Source of the DNA: Octopus vulgaris | Lineage: Eukaryota | Length of the DNA: 64,000 nt | Direction of reading: 5' to 3' | NCBI GenBank assembly: GCA_951406725.2 | Contig: OX597827.1 | Coordinates: 44,144,001 to 44,208,000, forward strand | Part shown: one piece after another, positions 27,659-41,576 of the stretch | How the letters are laid out: each line of letters begins with the position of its first letter | How positions within the stretch are numbered: the stretch's first letter is position 1 | Position numbers and translations under genes: made by a program | Notes under the pieces: generated by a model | What the model was told of the DNA's origin: nothing | Seen by the model: the letters and a program-made list of their open reading frames with translations, nothing else | Databases searched by the model: none

Positions 27659-27881
27659 GGAGTAAACACATAAATGTGAAACAAGGTGGAAAAAAGAGTA
27701 CTCAAATACCAGTGGTAGAGTAATATGCTTTATTTTAAGCAGCAGAAAATTCAACAAAATCTGTTACTGTGAGTTTCTCGTTGCCGTTCATCAGACAGTT
27801 TTTGCAAAAACTGTCTGATGAACGGCAACGAGAAACTCAGAGTAACAGATTGTGTTGAATTTTCTGCTGCTTAAAATAAAG

Positions 27882-27886
<5 letters not shown>
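27655..27886. mobile_element. HHR-bearing pLTR-like fragment forming a spacerless palindrome in (TA)n
   Basis: Arms 27723-27804 and 27805-27886; centre tttttg|caaaaa. Confidence 0.85.
27811..27848 (+). ncRNA. Minimal type I hammerhead ribozyme (mirror copy at 27761-27798, minus strand)
   Basis: ctgt-CTGATGA-acg gcaa cga-GAAA-ctc a gag-TA-acag. Confidence 0.8.
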
Positions 27887-27955
<69 letters not shown>

Positions 27956-28339
27956 TTTATATGTATGTATATATATATATATATGTATGTCTGTATGTTT
28001 CTTCATGTGCGTGTGCTTGTGTGCATGTGTGCGCGCGCGTGTGTGTGGTGCGTGCGTGTGTGTGTATGTGTGCATGAGTTTTTATATCTGAGTTTGGCCT
28101 AACCACCGCTCGGCCACCGGTGTTACTGTGTTTACGTCCAGTATCTTGGTGGCTCAGCATAAGAGTCCGATAGAATGAGCACCTGGCTTTTAAAAAATAA
28201 GTACTGGGGTCGATTCGTTCGACTCAAACTCTTCAAAGCCATGGTCTAAAGACTGAAACAAGGAAAACAAACGGCGTAAGAGACTAACAGACAGAGAGAC
28301 AAGTAGACAGACAGACAGACAGGTAGATAGATAGGCAAA

Positions 28340-28960
<621 letters not shown>

Positions 28961-29160
28961 TGAGAAATTAGGCTTCTCAAAACCAGAAAGGAGAAAGCTA
29001 ATTCGAAGACTACAGATCCAATCTATCTATCGCTGGAACTATAAAAATTTGTAAAACTTTCCAGAAGTTTATCATTTAAATATATATGAACATGACTAGT
29101 TATGCAACTATATGCATGAGAATACATACATAAAGCAAAGCACACAAATTTGCACATATA
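28961..29160 (+). mobile_element. Short 3' copy of (CATA)n-associated R4-like LINE (family F)
   Basis: Matches 29625-29820. Confidence 0.85.
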
Positions 29161-29170
29161 CATACATACA

Positions 29171-29957
29171 TGGATTTAACACCTAAGATATCATCCACAT
29201 CATAAACAGATGTCCGAAAATGTTATCACGGTATTATCTACCGACGAGACATGACGTTGTAGCAAGAACGTTCTCTAATGAAATCTGTCTGAGAGATAAT
29301 CCCGAAGACAAAGAAATAAGAACCCATAGTATGGTAAAAGTCATAGCCACTCATTATAAAAATGTTCCAGTGAAGACCTCAATAAAATGTAAGCACAACA
29401 GACCTGATATAATGATTTGGAATAGAGAAGAAAAACTGTGCACAGTTGTAGAAATTAGCTGCCCAGCGGATGTTAACATAAAGATGGAGATCAGTGAAAA
29501 TGAGAATATCTACGCTAAACTATTGAGAAATCTGCAAATACACTATCCAGATTACAAGTTCAGGTTTATACCTGTAATTGTTGGGGTCGTGGGATATGTA
29601 ACACACTGCCTGAATATCAATCTCGAGAAATTAGGCTTCTCAAAACCAGAAAGGAGAAAGCTAATTCGAAGACTACAAATTCAATCCATCACTGGAACTG
29701 TAAAAATTTGTAAAACTTGCCAGGAGTTTATCATTTGAATATATAATAGCATGTCTAGATATGTAACTATATGCATGAGAAACCATACATAAAGCAAAAC
29801 ATACAAATCTGCACATATACATACATACATATATACATACTAACAAAAATGCCACGTTATTGATATTGAAATTCCCATGAAGGAGTCTTTAATCTAGGTT
29901 AGAAACCGACTCTTTCTCTATTGGCAAGAAGTCTTGAAATAAGACTGAACACTGACA
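29171..29957 (+). mobile_element. 5'-truncated R4/Dong-like LINE (family F): RLE domain + 3' UTR, flanked by (CATA)n
   Basis: ORF 29220-29738: RHDVV..NRPDIMIWNREEKLCTVVEISCP..ENIYAKL..IPVIVGVVG (PD-(D/E)xK RLE). Confidence 0.9.
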
Positions 29958-30526
29958 TAGATACATACATACATACATACATACATACATACATACATAC
30001 ATACATACATACATACATACATACATACATAGACAGGTACGTACATGCATAGCCTCACACTTTGAAGTTTTCTTTCAGGTAGGTATCATTAGAATACCTC
30101 TCATTCCAGGAACTAGGCAATTCTATCTCTTATTTCTCACCAAAGACAGGAAACTTATAGTCAACCATAATAATTCGAGGATTCCAGGCGGAATGCAACT
30201 ACAAAATCAAAGTAAAGCATTGGATTTTCCAATACTACCAATAAAATGCATTAAGTTTTTCTTTATATATGAAGTGAATGTAGCTATGACATTATACATT
30301 CCTACATTCATTTATATATGTGTGTGTGTGTGCGTGTATGTAAGTATACACGCATGCATGTATGTGTGTATGTATGTGTATGTGGATGTATGTGTGTGTA
30401 TGTCAGTATGTATAAAAGTATGTATGAATATAGTAACGATGAGGTGTGCTTATTTCAAACAAAACTAACTCACACCATTTTATTGATGGTATTGGAAAAT
30501 ACTGTGTGTATGTATGTATGTGTATA

Positions 30527-30747
30527 TACTCTTTTACTCTTTTACTTGTTTCAGTCATTTGACTGCGGCCACGCTGGAGCACCGCCTTTAATCGAGCAAA
30601 TCGACCCCGGGACTTATTCTTTTGTAAGCCCAGTACTTATTCTATCGGTATCTTTTGCCGAACCGCTAAGTAACGGGGACATAAACACACCAGCATCGGT
30701 TGTCAAGCAATGCTAGGGGGACAAACACAGACACACAAACACACACA

Positions 30748-30779
<32 letters not shown>

Positions 30780-30927
30780 CGACGGGCTTCTTTCAGTTTC
30801 CGTCTACAAAATCCACTCACAAGGCTTTGGTCGGCCCGAGGCTATAGTAGAAGACACTTGCCCAAGGTGCCACGCAACACACATATATATATAGACGTAT
30901 ATTTTTTTTAGATGTTGGTGGGGGACA

Positions 30928-30994
<67 letters not shown>

Positions 30995-31137
30995 GTACAC
31001 GACAGGCTTCTTTCAGTTTCCGTCTACCAAATCCACTCACAAGGTTTTGGTCGGCCCGAGTCTATAGTAGAAGACACTTGCCCAAGGAAACATGTGGTTG
31101 GTAAGGAAGCTACTTACCACACAGCCACTCCTGCGCC
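30527..31137 (-). mobile_element. Two adjacent SINE family B copies
   Basis: 30527-30877 and ~30905-31137 match family B. Confidence 0.85.
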
Positions 31138-31144
31138 CCTATGT

Positions 31145-31181
<37 letters not shown>

Positions 31182-33007
31182 ATACGTCACGGTGTGTGTA
31201 TATATATATATAGTTTGATAACCAGTGGTGTGGCGTGATGCGTTTGTATCTATAAGCCAATATGTATTAACTTACTACGTAGACTAACATTAGTTTTGCT
31301 ACCTTGGAAAGAAGAGAAATACTTCGCAAAATAGAAATATAAGTTGCACCCCATGCTTGTTAGAGAAGAAAATTATCAAAATCCTTCGTGAACTACTTCA
31401 TTTATTTTACACCAAATCTGAGGTATTCGGGAAATACAATCGCTTCAACAAGTACCGGTTACTCAATTAGGAGACACCACATTTGCACTACTAAAACTAT
31501 ATATATATATATATATATATATCCACAAGCCTCTGATATTGTTTTGCCTCGGCCTTTTCTGGCGCTTCATCAACATTCATCCTATCATTTGTCTTATTTT
31601 ATTTCTATTTCTTCCTTCTTTTAATCCATCTTCTCCTCTTTACAATAATTATGGTTATTTTATTGACACAAGTTAATTATCCTTTATCATAGATAGCATT
31701 TATTTCATCTCAACTTCAACTTGTTATAAACTTTTTTTACAATTAGTTTGGAAGAATAAAGTTTCAGATTCCATATTTGAGGTTTCCAGGGCGTTACAGT
31801 ACCCTTTTCTTGGATTGAATATGCTAAAAATGTAAAATAAAGAAGATAAAACAGGCGTATGCTTAATGGAATATGTAGAAAAAAAGCTTTCCTCCATATA
31901 TACCAATGTGTGTGAGAGAGAGAGATATGGGGGAGAGGAGAGAGAGAGATATGGGGGAGAGGAGAGAGAGAATAAACCGTTTGTATACCGTAAGTCTGAA
32001 AAAGAAACTTATCGAGCAAATAAGAACACACGTCCTCATTTCAGATTAAATAAACCTCCGAAGTGCCCAAGTACTTGTTGAACAACAAACATGCCGCCTA
32101 GCATATCTGGTGGGTGTAACCGTCGTGTAATGTATAAGTGTGAGTCTGTTGTGTTAGAGAAAGAAAGAGAGAGAGAGAGAGAGAAAGACAGAGAGCGAAC
32201 GAGAAAGCAAAAAAAGAAAAAAGGAGAAAAGAAAAAAAATATGTGTGTGTGTGTGCTTACAAACGCTTGTGTATACGTTGATGTATGAATGTGTAAATCT
32301 GTACTTTTCTTTCAAGTGTGTGTGTGTGTGTGCATGTGAGTGAGTGTGCATGCATATTGACAGCTGATAAACCCAACCAGCACTCACAGTGGGGATTTTT
32401 TTCTAGCTTTTCTTTATATTTTAGTTCTTTTTTTTTTCTTGTATTAGAAGCAGCAATAGTTTGGTTAGCGACATCAGATAGTTTATAAGAAGGTAGTTCT
32501 TACGAATGACTATAATAGTTCATACAATACGAATGACTACGAATGATGACGAATGCGAATGACGAAGGATGGATGGATGGATAAGATGGATGACTGACTG
32601 TTTGATACTGTCCGTCTCTCTCTCTCTCTCTCTCCCTCTCCCTCTCTCACCTACTATTTCTCTCTTCCTTCACTCCCTCTCTCTCTTTTTTTCCCTCTAT
32701 CCCTTTTTCTCTCACTTTCTTTATTTGTTCATTTTGTACTATTTGCATAAAATGTAAAAAATAATAACCAACACTGTCAGAACCTTTTCTCTTCGTAGTG
32801 GGTGGAATAGCTAGAAATATCCACAAAAAAAATGACACCTTTGTAAACATGTGGAGGATGGTAGTCGTTGGAATGCTTTCTCGGGGCATGTAGGTCTGTC
32901 TGTTGAATCAAAGAGGTGACCTGGGGATAGTTCAATATAATTAATAGTGACGCAGATATTAAATATATAAAGATATAACACACACACGCATACATATATA
33001 TGGATAA

Positions 33008-33392
33008 TGGAAGCACTCCGTCGGTTACGACGACGAGGGTTCCGGTTGATCCGATCAACGGAACAGCCTGCTCGTGAAATTATCGTGTAAGTGGCTGAGC
33101 ACTCCACAGACACGTGTACCCTTAACGTAGTTCACGGGGATATTCAGCGTGACACAGAGAGTGACAAGGCCGGCCCTTTGAAATACAGATACACCAGAAA
33201 CAGGAAGTAAGAGTGAGAGAAAGTTGTGGTGAAAGAGTACAGCAGGGATCACCACCATCCCTGCCGGAACCTCGTGGAGCTTTTTAAGTGTTTTCGCTCA
33301 ATAAACACTCACAACGCCCGGTCTGGGAATCGAAACCACGATCCTACGACCGCGAGTCCGCTGCCCTAACCACTGGGCCATTGCGCCTCCAC
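33008..33392 (-). mobile_element. Full-length tRNA-derived SINE family C
   Basis: Head gtggaggcgcaatggcccagtggttaggg..ggtttcgattccc; near-identical to 54779-55163. Confidence 0.88.
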
Positions 33393-33411
33393 ACATATAT
33401 ATATATATATC

Positions 33412-33570
33412 AGGCGTGGCTGTGTGGTAAGAAGCTTGCTTCCCAACCACATGGTTCCGGGTTCAGTCCAATTGCGTAGCACCTTGAACAAATGTCTTCT
33501 ACTATAGTCTTGAGCTGACCAAAAACCTTGTTAGTGGGATAAGGGCGAAGGAATCTGAAAGAATCCCGTC
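33412..33570 (+). mobile_element. SINE family B 5' part
   Basis: ggcgtggctgtgtggtaagaagcttgc..gggttcagtcc. Confidence 0.75.
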
Positions 33571-33587
33571 CGATGGATTTATACCTG

Positions 33588-33779
33588 GGAATCAGCGTTC
33601 TTGCCTTGTACCAAACTTGTACCAAATGATGGTTCCACCAGCGATTTTACTTGAAGCGTAATTGAGAAATACTCAAGCAACCTACACGGTAATCCAATGA
33701 ACGACATCGTCGAAACAGACGGAGATCCACTTAATTTTCTTTATATGTATGTGTCTGAATGTGAACGTTTTATGTACAA
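33588..33779 (+). repeat. Left arm of a ~190-bp inverted repeat
   Basis: Reverse complement of 36310-36513. Confidence 0.9.
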
Positions 33780-34469
33780 TATGTACGGGGTCGAGTGGTG
33801 TCGTTCCCTTTCATTATTCGTTTTTCATCTTTCTCATTCGTTTTTCTTTCTTTTTTGTCCCCTCGTATACGTTTATCTGCCCTTGTGTCGTCCTTCTATG
33901 CTTAAGCCCCTTGTGAGCAATAAAGAAACAGATGTGTATATCTCCCTGAGTATTAGTGTGTGTGTGTGTGTGTGTGCATTGTATAAGTGTGCCTGTGGAT
34001 ATATATGCATGTGTTTATGTGTATATGTCCCTGGGATTCTCTGAATATGTGTGGATATGTTTGTATGCATATATGCATACCTGTGTGTGTGTGTGTGTCA
34101 GTATGCCACTGTGTATGTATATGTTTTTGTGTCTCAATGTGTGCATTTGTGTATCTGTATATGTGCGTATTTAGATATATATCTGCGTGTATTTATATGT
34201 ATGTATCTCTGTAAATGTGTGTTTGTATATGTTTGTGTGTGTGTATGTGTGTTTCTACTTATCTGTCTATATACCAGTTTGTATGTGTGTGTGTGTGTGT
34301 GTGTTTGTCTGTATATATCCATTACTATATATGTGTACGTGGATATGTGTGTGTAAGTGTGTGTGTTTATCTGTCTTAACCGGTTGTCTTAGTTTGTATA
34401 TGTGTGTATATGTGTTACCGTATGGATCTCTGTGTGTATGTATTCAACTGTTTCGGTGTATGTGAATGC

Positions 34470-34526
<57 letters not shown>

Positions 34527-34656
34527 CATGTGCTTTTGCGTGCGTCTGTGTGGTTGTTGATGTTTCTGTCATCATATATATATATGTTTGTGTTTTTGTG
34601 TCTGTATGTATAAGTGTTTGCGTACCTGTATTTGTATATGTCTGTATGTGACTGTG

Positions 34657-34704
<48 letters not shown>

Positions 34705-34971
34705 TGTGTGCGTGTGTGTGTGTGTGTGCGTCTGTGTATGAGTGTATGTGTTTGTATATGTGTACATATGTGTGTGTGAGTCCTTCCATACGTGCACATG
34801 CATGTACGTATCTATGTATAAATGCATGCATGTATATTTTCTCTGTGTGTGTGAGTATGTGCGCGCGCGATTTTTTATTTCTTTATTGAAACCAATTACG
34901 CTGACAAAACACTTGGCTTCCATTCCTAATCACATCAACTCTTACAGCAATCTGTTGGACGTTTGTTGTTG

Positions 34972-35010
<39 letters not shown>

Positions 35011-35489
35011 ATTTAACCTTCGTTTCCTTCGCTTAAATGTAACTGTTTTTCTTTTTTCTTTTGTTTAAGACACACGCATGCAAGCACGCATTCAATCACA
35101 TATGCAAACGTGCACACTCCTTCACACTAGTGCTTTTGGCAATGTATCCACTTCGTTATTCATCTCTGAAAGGGGTCACTACAGTCAGCACCAGTAAAAT
35201 TAGTGGGCACTGGACTCAATGATAGTCAGTGAGGTGCACGAATTGAGAGGGAACAACTATCGTCCCGAAATTAACCTCCAGCCAGAAATAGTTTTAAAAA
35301 TTCCGATAGAATATTATACATGGTAGACGATAGTCATGCTGAGAGCATTCTATATATTGCCTCAACTTCATTCAGTCGAAGAATGATGATCAAACGAGAA
35401 TTGTGATAGAGTGCATTAGAACTAGGTGCTACACATGCAGCAGCTCCGACCATCAGGGGGTCAAATGCCCTTAGGAAAGACAAAAGAAA

Positions 35490-35808
35490 TCAAGGATCTT
35501 TTCGGTTTGAACGGCAGTTTTTAAACATAATTTCTAGGTAACTAAAAAATTTTAAACTTCGTATACTGGTAGGATGTGTTTATAAAACATCAACTTCTCT
35601 TGGCTTTCTTGAGAAAATTCTGTAGTTTGTAACATATTACGTCTTTAATATCTTGCATTTCGGCAATTTTGACCAATCAATGACCGTCTATTGAGGTGAA
35701 AGCATTCTGTGCCGTATGAATATGTCCTTCCTTTAAGAAACAGATTGGGTTTATTTACATTTGTGAAGAAAAAAAGATACCCTTCCCCCACCCCGAACCC
35801 TAACTCTA
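35490..35808 (+). mobile_element. Interspersed repeat (possibly Helitron-related); second copy at 55505-55690
   Basis: Shared ggatcttt..taactaaa..actggtag.atgtgt..tataaaacatc. Confidence 0.5.
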
Positions 35809-36129
35809 GCGGTTCGGCAAAAAAGACCGATAGAATTAATACCAAAATTGTTTTTAATGAAAATTAAGTACTGGGGTCGATTCATTCAACTTAGAATTCT
35901 TCAAGGCGGTGCCCCAACATGGCCGTAATCATACGACTGAAACAAATGAGAGATTAAAGATAAAAGATAAAAGAGTAATGACCATTGAAATGGCAGAAAA
36001 ATGAACAACGAAAAGCCAGAAAGCTTATCTCGACACCCAGAGGAGTCTCATGCGATGAACGACATTGGAAACTGATCTAACACTAGCAGCTACCTCCCTC
36101 AACCACAACACCTGAGCACCATCTATCGG

Positions 36130-36309
36130 TCTTCCCTATTATATAAGGGAAGTAACTCTCTAAAAATGTCTACGATGAGTCAACGATTTAAAAAAAAATT
36201 TACCATCATTTTTTTCCCATTTTTAATGCATTTTTTGGCTATAACTCTCTAAAAATGCTTTATAGTTATTTCCCTTACAAACCCGAGCAACGCCGGGCGA
36301 TACTGCTAG
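36130..36309 (+). mobile_element. Non-autonomous Helitron
   Basis: Possible 5' TC start; 3' hairpin cccgagcaacgccggg followed by CTAG, then T. Confidence 0.7.
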
Positions 36310-36513
36310 TTGTACATAAAATGTTCACATTCAGACACATACATATAAAGAAAATTAAGTGGATCTCCGTCTGTTTCGACGATGTCGTTCATTGGATTAC
36401 CGTGTAGGTTGCTAGAGTATTTCTCAATTACACTTCAAGTAAAATCGCTGATGGAACTATCATTTGGTACAAGTTTGGTACAAGTTTGGTACAAGGCAAG
36501 AACGCTGATTTCC
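36310..36513 (-). repeat. Right arm of the ~190-bp inverted repeat
   Basis: Reverse complement of 33588-33779, with one extra ttggtacaag unit. Confidence 0.9.
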
Positions 36514-36988
36514 ACTGGTGACTCCATGTAAACAGATCTTATAAATGCACAGGCAGACCACCACTTCACCTGAGACCCTCCTGCAGCTACACAGCCAACA
36601 CTGCTGCTGGTCTCCTGCCAGGCACAGTCCCATAATCTGTCCTTTACAAATCTTCTGTGCCACTCTTGAGAAATTGGCTGGCACAACTACAACTTCATCA
36701 GCTCCTATCTCCACCATCATTCCAAGTTCCATCATGCATCGTCTGTCAGGCTCCACTAGCCCCAGACAGTCATCAAATGGGTCACTCACATGGCAAGGTT
36801 AGCCAGGGATGCAGTAAAAGTTATTAAGATCGTAAGTGGAGTCTGCACACGCGTGATTGGTGAAGATATATTTCATGATCATTTGAGAAATGGCAATGTG
36901 TAGGTTGGGCACTTTGATACTTTGATAGGTTTCGGCCATTATTGGCCCAGGCCATGTCTAACTTAATAGCACGACAAGAAAATTTATA

Positions 36989-37218
36989 TATTTCTTTACT
37001 ACCCACAAGGAGCTAAACACAGAGGGGACAAACAAGGACAGACAAACGGATAAAGTCGATTACATCGACCCCAGTGAACTGGTACTTAATTTATCGACCC
37101 CGAAAGGATGAAAGGCAAAGTCGACCTCGGCGGAATTTGAACCCAGAACGTAACTGCAGACGAAATACGGCTACGCATTTCGCCCGGCGTGCTAACGTTT
37201 CTGCCAGCTCGCCGCCTT
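36989..37218 (-). mobile_element. SINE family A, full length, TSD agaaaatttata
   Basis: Matches family A; TSD at 36977-36988 and 37223-37234. Confidence 0.88.
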
Positions 37219-37874
37219 CATCAGAAAATTTATAAGCAACAAGAGTGGTGGAGCCTAAGGCAACTTTCGTTTTGTAACGTTCGCTTTGTGAATACTTGGG
37301 GACATTCTCCAGGAAAGCATGGTGAAGTTCGAAAAAAGATTGGACGATATGTCTAGAAAAACTCATAGCAAATATCTATCCATCGGGCAGATAGATATAC
37401 ACGGCTGCTGAGACAAAAAGGGAAAGAACTGTTACCGCGGGCTTTACGCAATTTAGCAACGTTGTCTGTGAGAATGTGAGTCTGTGATAAATTTTCCTCA
37501 GGCCGTTTCTTGGTAAGACTAGCTATCCTGCTCATAATCATAACTTATTCACGTGTCGAATTTGCTCTAACCGTACCCCTGCAGCGTTACGGTGGTGCTG
37601 GAGGCAGTGGTGATGGTGGTGCTGGTGGTAGTGGTGGTGGTGGTGCTGCTGCTACTGTTAGTGTTAATAGTGTGTCATGGTGGTGATGGTGACGGTGGTG
37701 GTGGTGTTGGTGGTGGTGACAGTTGGTTCGGTGGTAGTGGAGGTGTTGGGGTGGTAATGGTGCTGGTGGCGGTGTTGGTGGTGGTGGTGGTGGTGGTGGC
37801 GGTATTACAGCTGCTGATGATGAAGAGGAGGATAATGATGTTGGTGTGTGATGAGGGTGACAGTGACGGTGGTG

Positions 37875-38862
37875 TAGCGGCGGCGGCGGTAGCGGTAGCC
37901 GAAGCAGCGGCGGCGGCAGCGTGAGCGGCGGCAGCGGTAGCGACGGCAGCGGTAGCGACGGCAGCGGTAGCGACGGCAGCGGTAGCGACGGCAGCGGTAG
38001 CGACGGCAGCGGTAGCGACGGCGGCGGCGGTAGCGGCGGCGATAGCGGCGGTGGGGGCGGTGGAGGTGGCAGCGGCAGCGGCGGCAGCGGCGGGAGCGGA
38101 GGCAGCGGCGGCAGCGGCGGCAGCGGCGGCAGCGGCGGCAGCGGCGGCAGCGGCGGCAGCGGCGGCAGCGGCGGCAGCGGCGACAAAAGGCGGCAGCGGC
38201 GGCGGCGGCGGTAGCGGCGGCAGCGGCGGCAGCGGCGACAGCGGCGGCAGCGGCGGCAGCGGCGGCAGCGGCGATAGCGGTGGCGGCAGCGGCGGTGGCA
38301 GCGGCAACGGCGGTGGCAGCGGCAGCGGCGGTGGCAGCGGCAGCGGCGGTGGCAGCGGCAGCGGCGGCGGCAGCGGCGGCAGCGGCGGCAGCGGCGGCAG
38401 CGGCGGCAGCGGCGGCAGCGGCGGCAGCGGCGGTAGCGGCGGCAGCGGCGGCAGCGGCGGCAGCGGCGGCAGCGGCGGCGGCGGCAGCGGCGGTAGCGGC
38501 GGCAGCGGCGGCAGCGGCGGCAGCGGCGGCAGCGGCGGCAGCGGCGGCAGCGGCGGCAGCGGCGGCAGCGGCGGCAGCGGCGGCAGGAGCGGCGGTGGCG
38601 GCGGCGAAGCGGCGGTGGCGGCGGCGGCAGCGGCAGCGGCGGTGGCGGCGGCGGCAGCGGCAGCGGCGGTGGCGGCGGCGGCAGCGGCAGCGGCGGTGGC
38701 GGCGGCGGCAGCGGCAGCGGCAGCGGCGGTGGCGGCGGCGGCAGCGGCAGCGGCAGCGGCGGTGGCGGCGGCGGCAGCGGCGCGGCGGTGGCGGCGGCGG
38801 CAGCGGCAGCGGCGGTGGCGGCGGCGGCAGCGGCGCAGCGGCGGTGGCGGCGGCACCGCCGG
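37875..38862. repeat. GC-rich (GGC/AGC) compound minisatellite
   Basis: Units agcggcggc (9 bp), ggtagcgacggcagc (15 bp) and longer gcggtggcggcggcggca-type units. Confidence 0.95.
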
Positions 38863-39072
38863 TGACGGAAAAATGTTTTATTCAATTTTAAGTTACACCA
38901 TAATGGTTAATACAATTTACGCTAGTCGCATTGATTAAGGCGGTGCTATACGTCTCTGGCCTTTTTCTTGCGTTGACGGACGAATTTAATATCATCATCA
39001 TCTTCTTCTTTATTATCATGTCTGTCTTTGTATTGTCCGCCTCATTCTTCACCCTGGCGGCAAAGAAATGAA

Positions 39073-39074
<2 letters not shown>

Positions 39075-39155
<81 letters not shown>

Positions 39156-39357
39156 TACTACTACTACTACTATATTTATTCCTAGCGTTCAAATATTGTC
39201 AGCGGCAAATACCTTGGGGGTTATGCTAAAACGGGAATTACATTAGACATTGGTTGCAAAATAGAAAAAGACATGCTGCTGCTGTTGTTGTTGCTGTTGG
39301 CGCTTTTCCTGTTGCTGTTGTTACTGCTTCTGCACATTATTATTATTATTGTTGTTG

Positions 39358-39431
<74 letters not shown>

Positions 39432-39486
39432 ATTATTATTGTTATTATTATCATTACTAGTATTATTACTACTACTACTACTATTA

Positions 39487-39542
<56 letters not shown>

Positions 39543-39619
39543 GCTATTATTATTATTATTATTATTATTACTGTTATTGTTATTATTATTACAACTACTA
39601 CTACTATTACTACTACTGC

Positions 39620-39669
<50 letters not shown>

Positions 39670-39670
39670 C
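39075..39670. repeat. (ATT)n-rich tracts
   Basis: Direct reading. Confidence 0.92.
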
Positions 39671-39959
39671 GTTTCTCTTTTGTTTTTTCCTGTTTGTATT
39701 CCGTTTCAGTTGCCTGTTCTTTTTTTTTTTTTCAATTTATTCTTTACATTTCTATATTGTTAAAGTACATTTTTCTAGGTTATATTTACACTAACCTATT
39801 TTTGTACTTTTTTTCTTCTATAGAAGCTAGATACAAAGATACTCTTACGTTTCATAATTGTCTGTTTGTACATTTATACATGCATGCATGTGTGCATGTG
39901 TTCTGTGACGTGGCGGTGTGTTTTATATACGGTGTGTTTGTTTAGGGTGTATGTGTGTA

Positions 39960-40151
39960 GGAGTGGTTGTGTGGTAAGTAGCTTGCTTACCAACCACATG
40001 GTTCCGGGTTTAGTCCCACTGCGTGGCACCTTGGACAAGTGTCTTCTACAATAGCCTCGGGCCGACTAAAGCCTTGTGAGTGGATTTGGTAGACGGAAAC
40101 TGAAAGAAGCCCGTCGTCTATATGTATATGTATATATACATATGTGTGTAT

Positions 40152-40209
<58 letters not shown>

Positions 40210-40461
40210 CGATTGGGACAACCACAAAATAAAGTACTCAATTACAATAGAAAATGTGTGTAAACAATATATACAAGATATATATATATATAGGCGCAGG
40301 AATACCTGTGTAGTAAGTAGCTTGCTTACCAGCCACATGGTTCTGGGTTCAGTCCCACTGCGTGGCATCTTTGGCAAGTGTCTTCTACCATAGCCTCGCG
40401 CCGACCAAAGCCTTGTGAGTGGATTTGGTAGACGGAAACTGAAAGGAGCCCGTCGTCTATA

Positions 40462-40533
<72 letters not shown>

Positions 40534-40600
40534 TGTGTTTGTTCCCCCGCCCCTCAAAATCGCTTGATAACCGATGCTGGTGTGTTTATGTCGACGTAAC
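39960..40600 (+). mobile_element. Two SINE family B copies (39960-40210, 40292-40600)
   Basis: Family B head and core. Confidence 0.82.
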
Positions 40601-40995
40601 CAGTTGAGCATGTCCCTTAGTGGCTGACGATATGTATCTCTGATCACGAGCAGAAGTAGTGGGGGAGCATCATAGCCATGTGTTGAGAGGGATTCTTTGG
40701 GGTTTTAATAATTCACCTCTGAAAACATGGGTGTTTCGTTCAACATCCTTAAACAACCCTTATTCAGGGACCTTTCAAGTGTGATGGGTTACTCGACCTG
40801 AAGAAAATTCTAACTGGGCCCCACCTGCAAGGTCATGTGCTGTTTATTTTGATATGAGATCACCATGTCGCGCACATATGGTTGTGATGCATGTGCCTAG
40901 TGTACCATTATCAGACGGGTAGTCATGATGGGTATACTGGGCTTCGTATATTTTACCCCAGTGTCACTTTGATGGCATGCACTGCTCTCTCACTC

Positions 40996-41063
<68 letters not shown>

Positions 41064-41538
41064 GTCTTGGTATAAAAGATGGGCTACAGCAAATATTCTG
41101 CTCAATACCACAGATTTGCTTGTCAGTTATTTGACCTTAACCAGTTAAACATGTCCTTTAGTGGCTGACAATATGTGCATCTCTGATCACGAGCAGAAGT
41201 AGTAGGGGAGCATCATAGCCATGTGTTGAGAGGGATTCTTTGGGGTTTGAATAATTCACCTCTGGAAACATGAGTGGTTCTTTCAACATCCTTAAACAGC
41301 CCTTATTCAGGGACCTTTTGAGCGGGATGGGCTACTCAACCTGAAGAAAATTCTAACTGGGCCCCACCTGCAAGGTCATGTGCTGTTTATCTTGATATGA
41401 GATCACCATGTCGCGCACATATGGTTGTGATGCATGTGCCTGGTGTACCTTTATCAGACGGGTAGTCATGATGGGTATATTGGGCTTCGTATATTTTACC
41501 CCAGTGTCACTTTGATGGCATGCACTGCTCTCTCACTC

Positions 41539-41576
<38 letters not shown>

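Noticed and set aside
31770-31820. HHR-like hairpin + GAAA on the minus strand
   Set aside because: Core reads CAAGAAA and stems I and III are absent; too degenerate.
37587-38938. Long Gly/Ser-, Ala- and Pro/Arg-rich ORFs
   Set aside because: Open in many frames on both strands because the GC repeat lacks stop codons; no unique domain or splice context.
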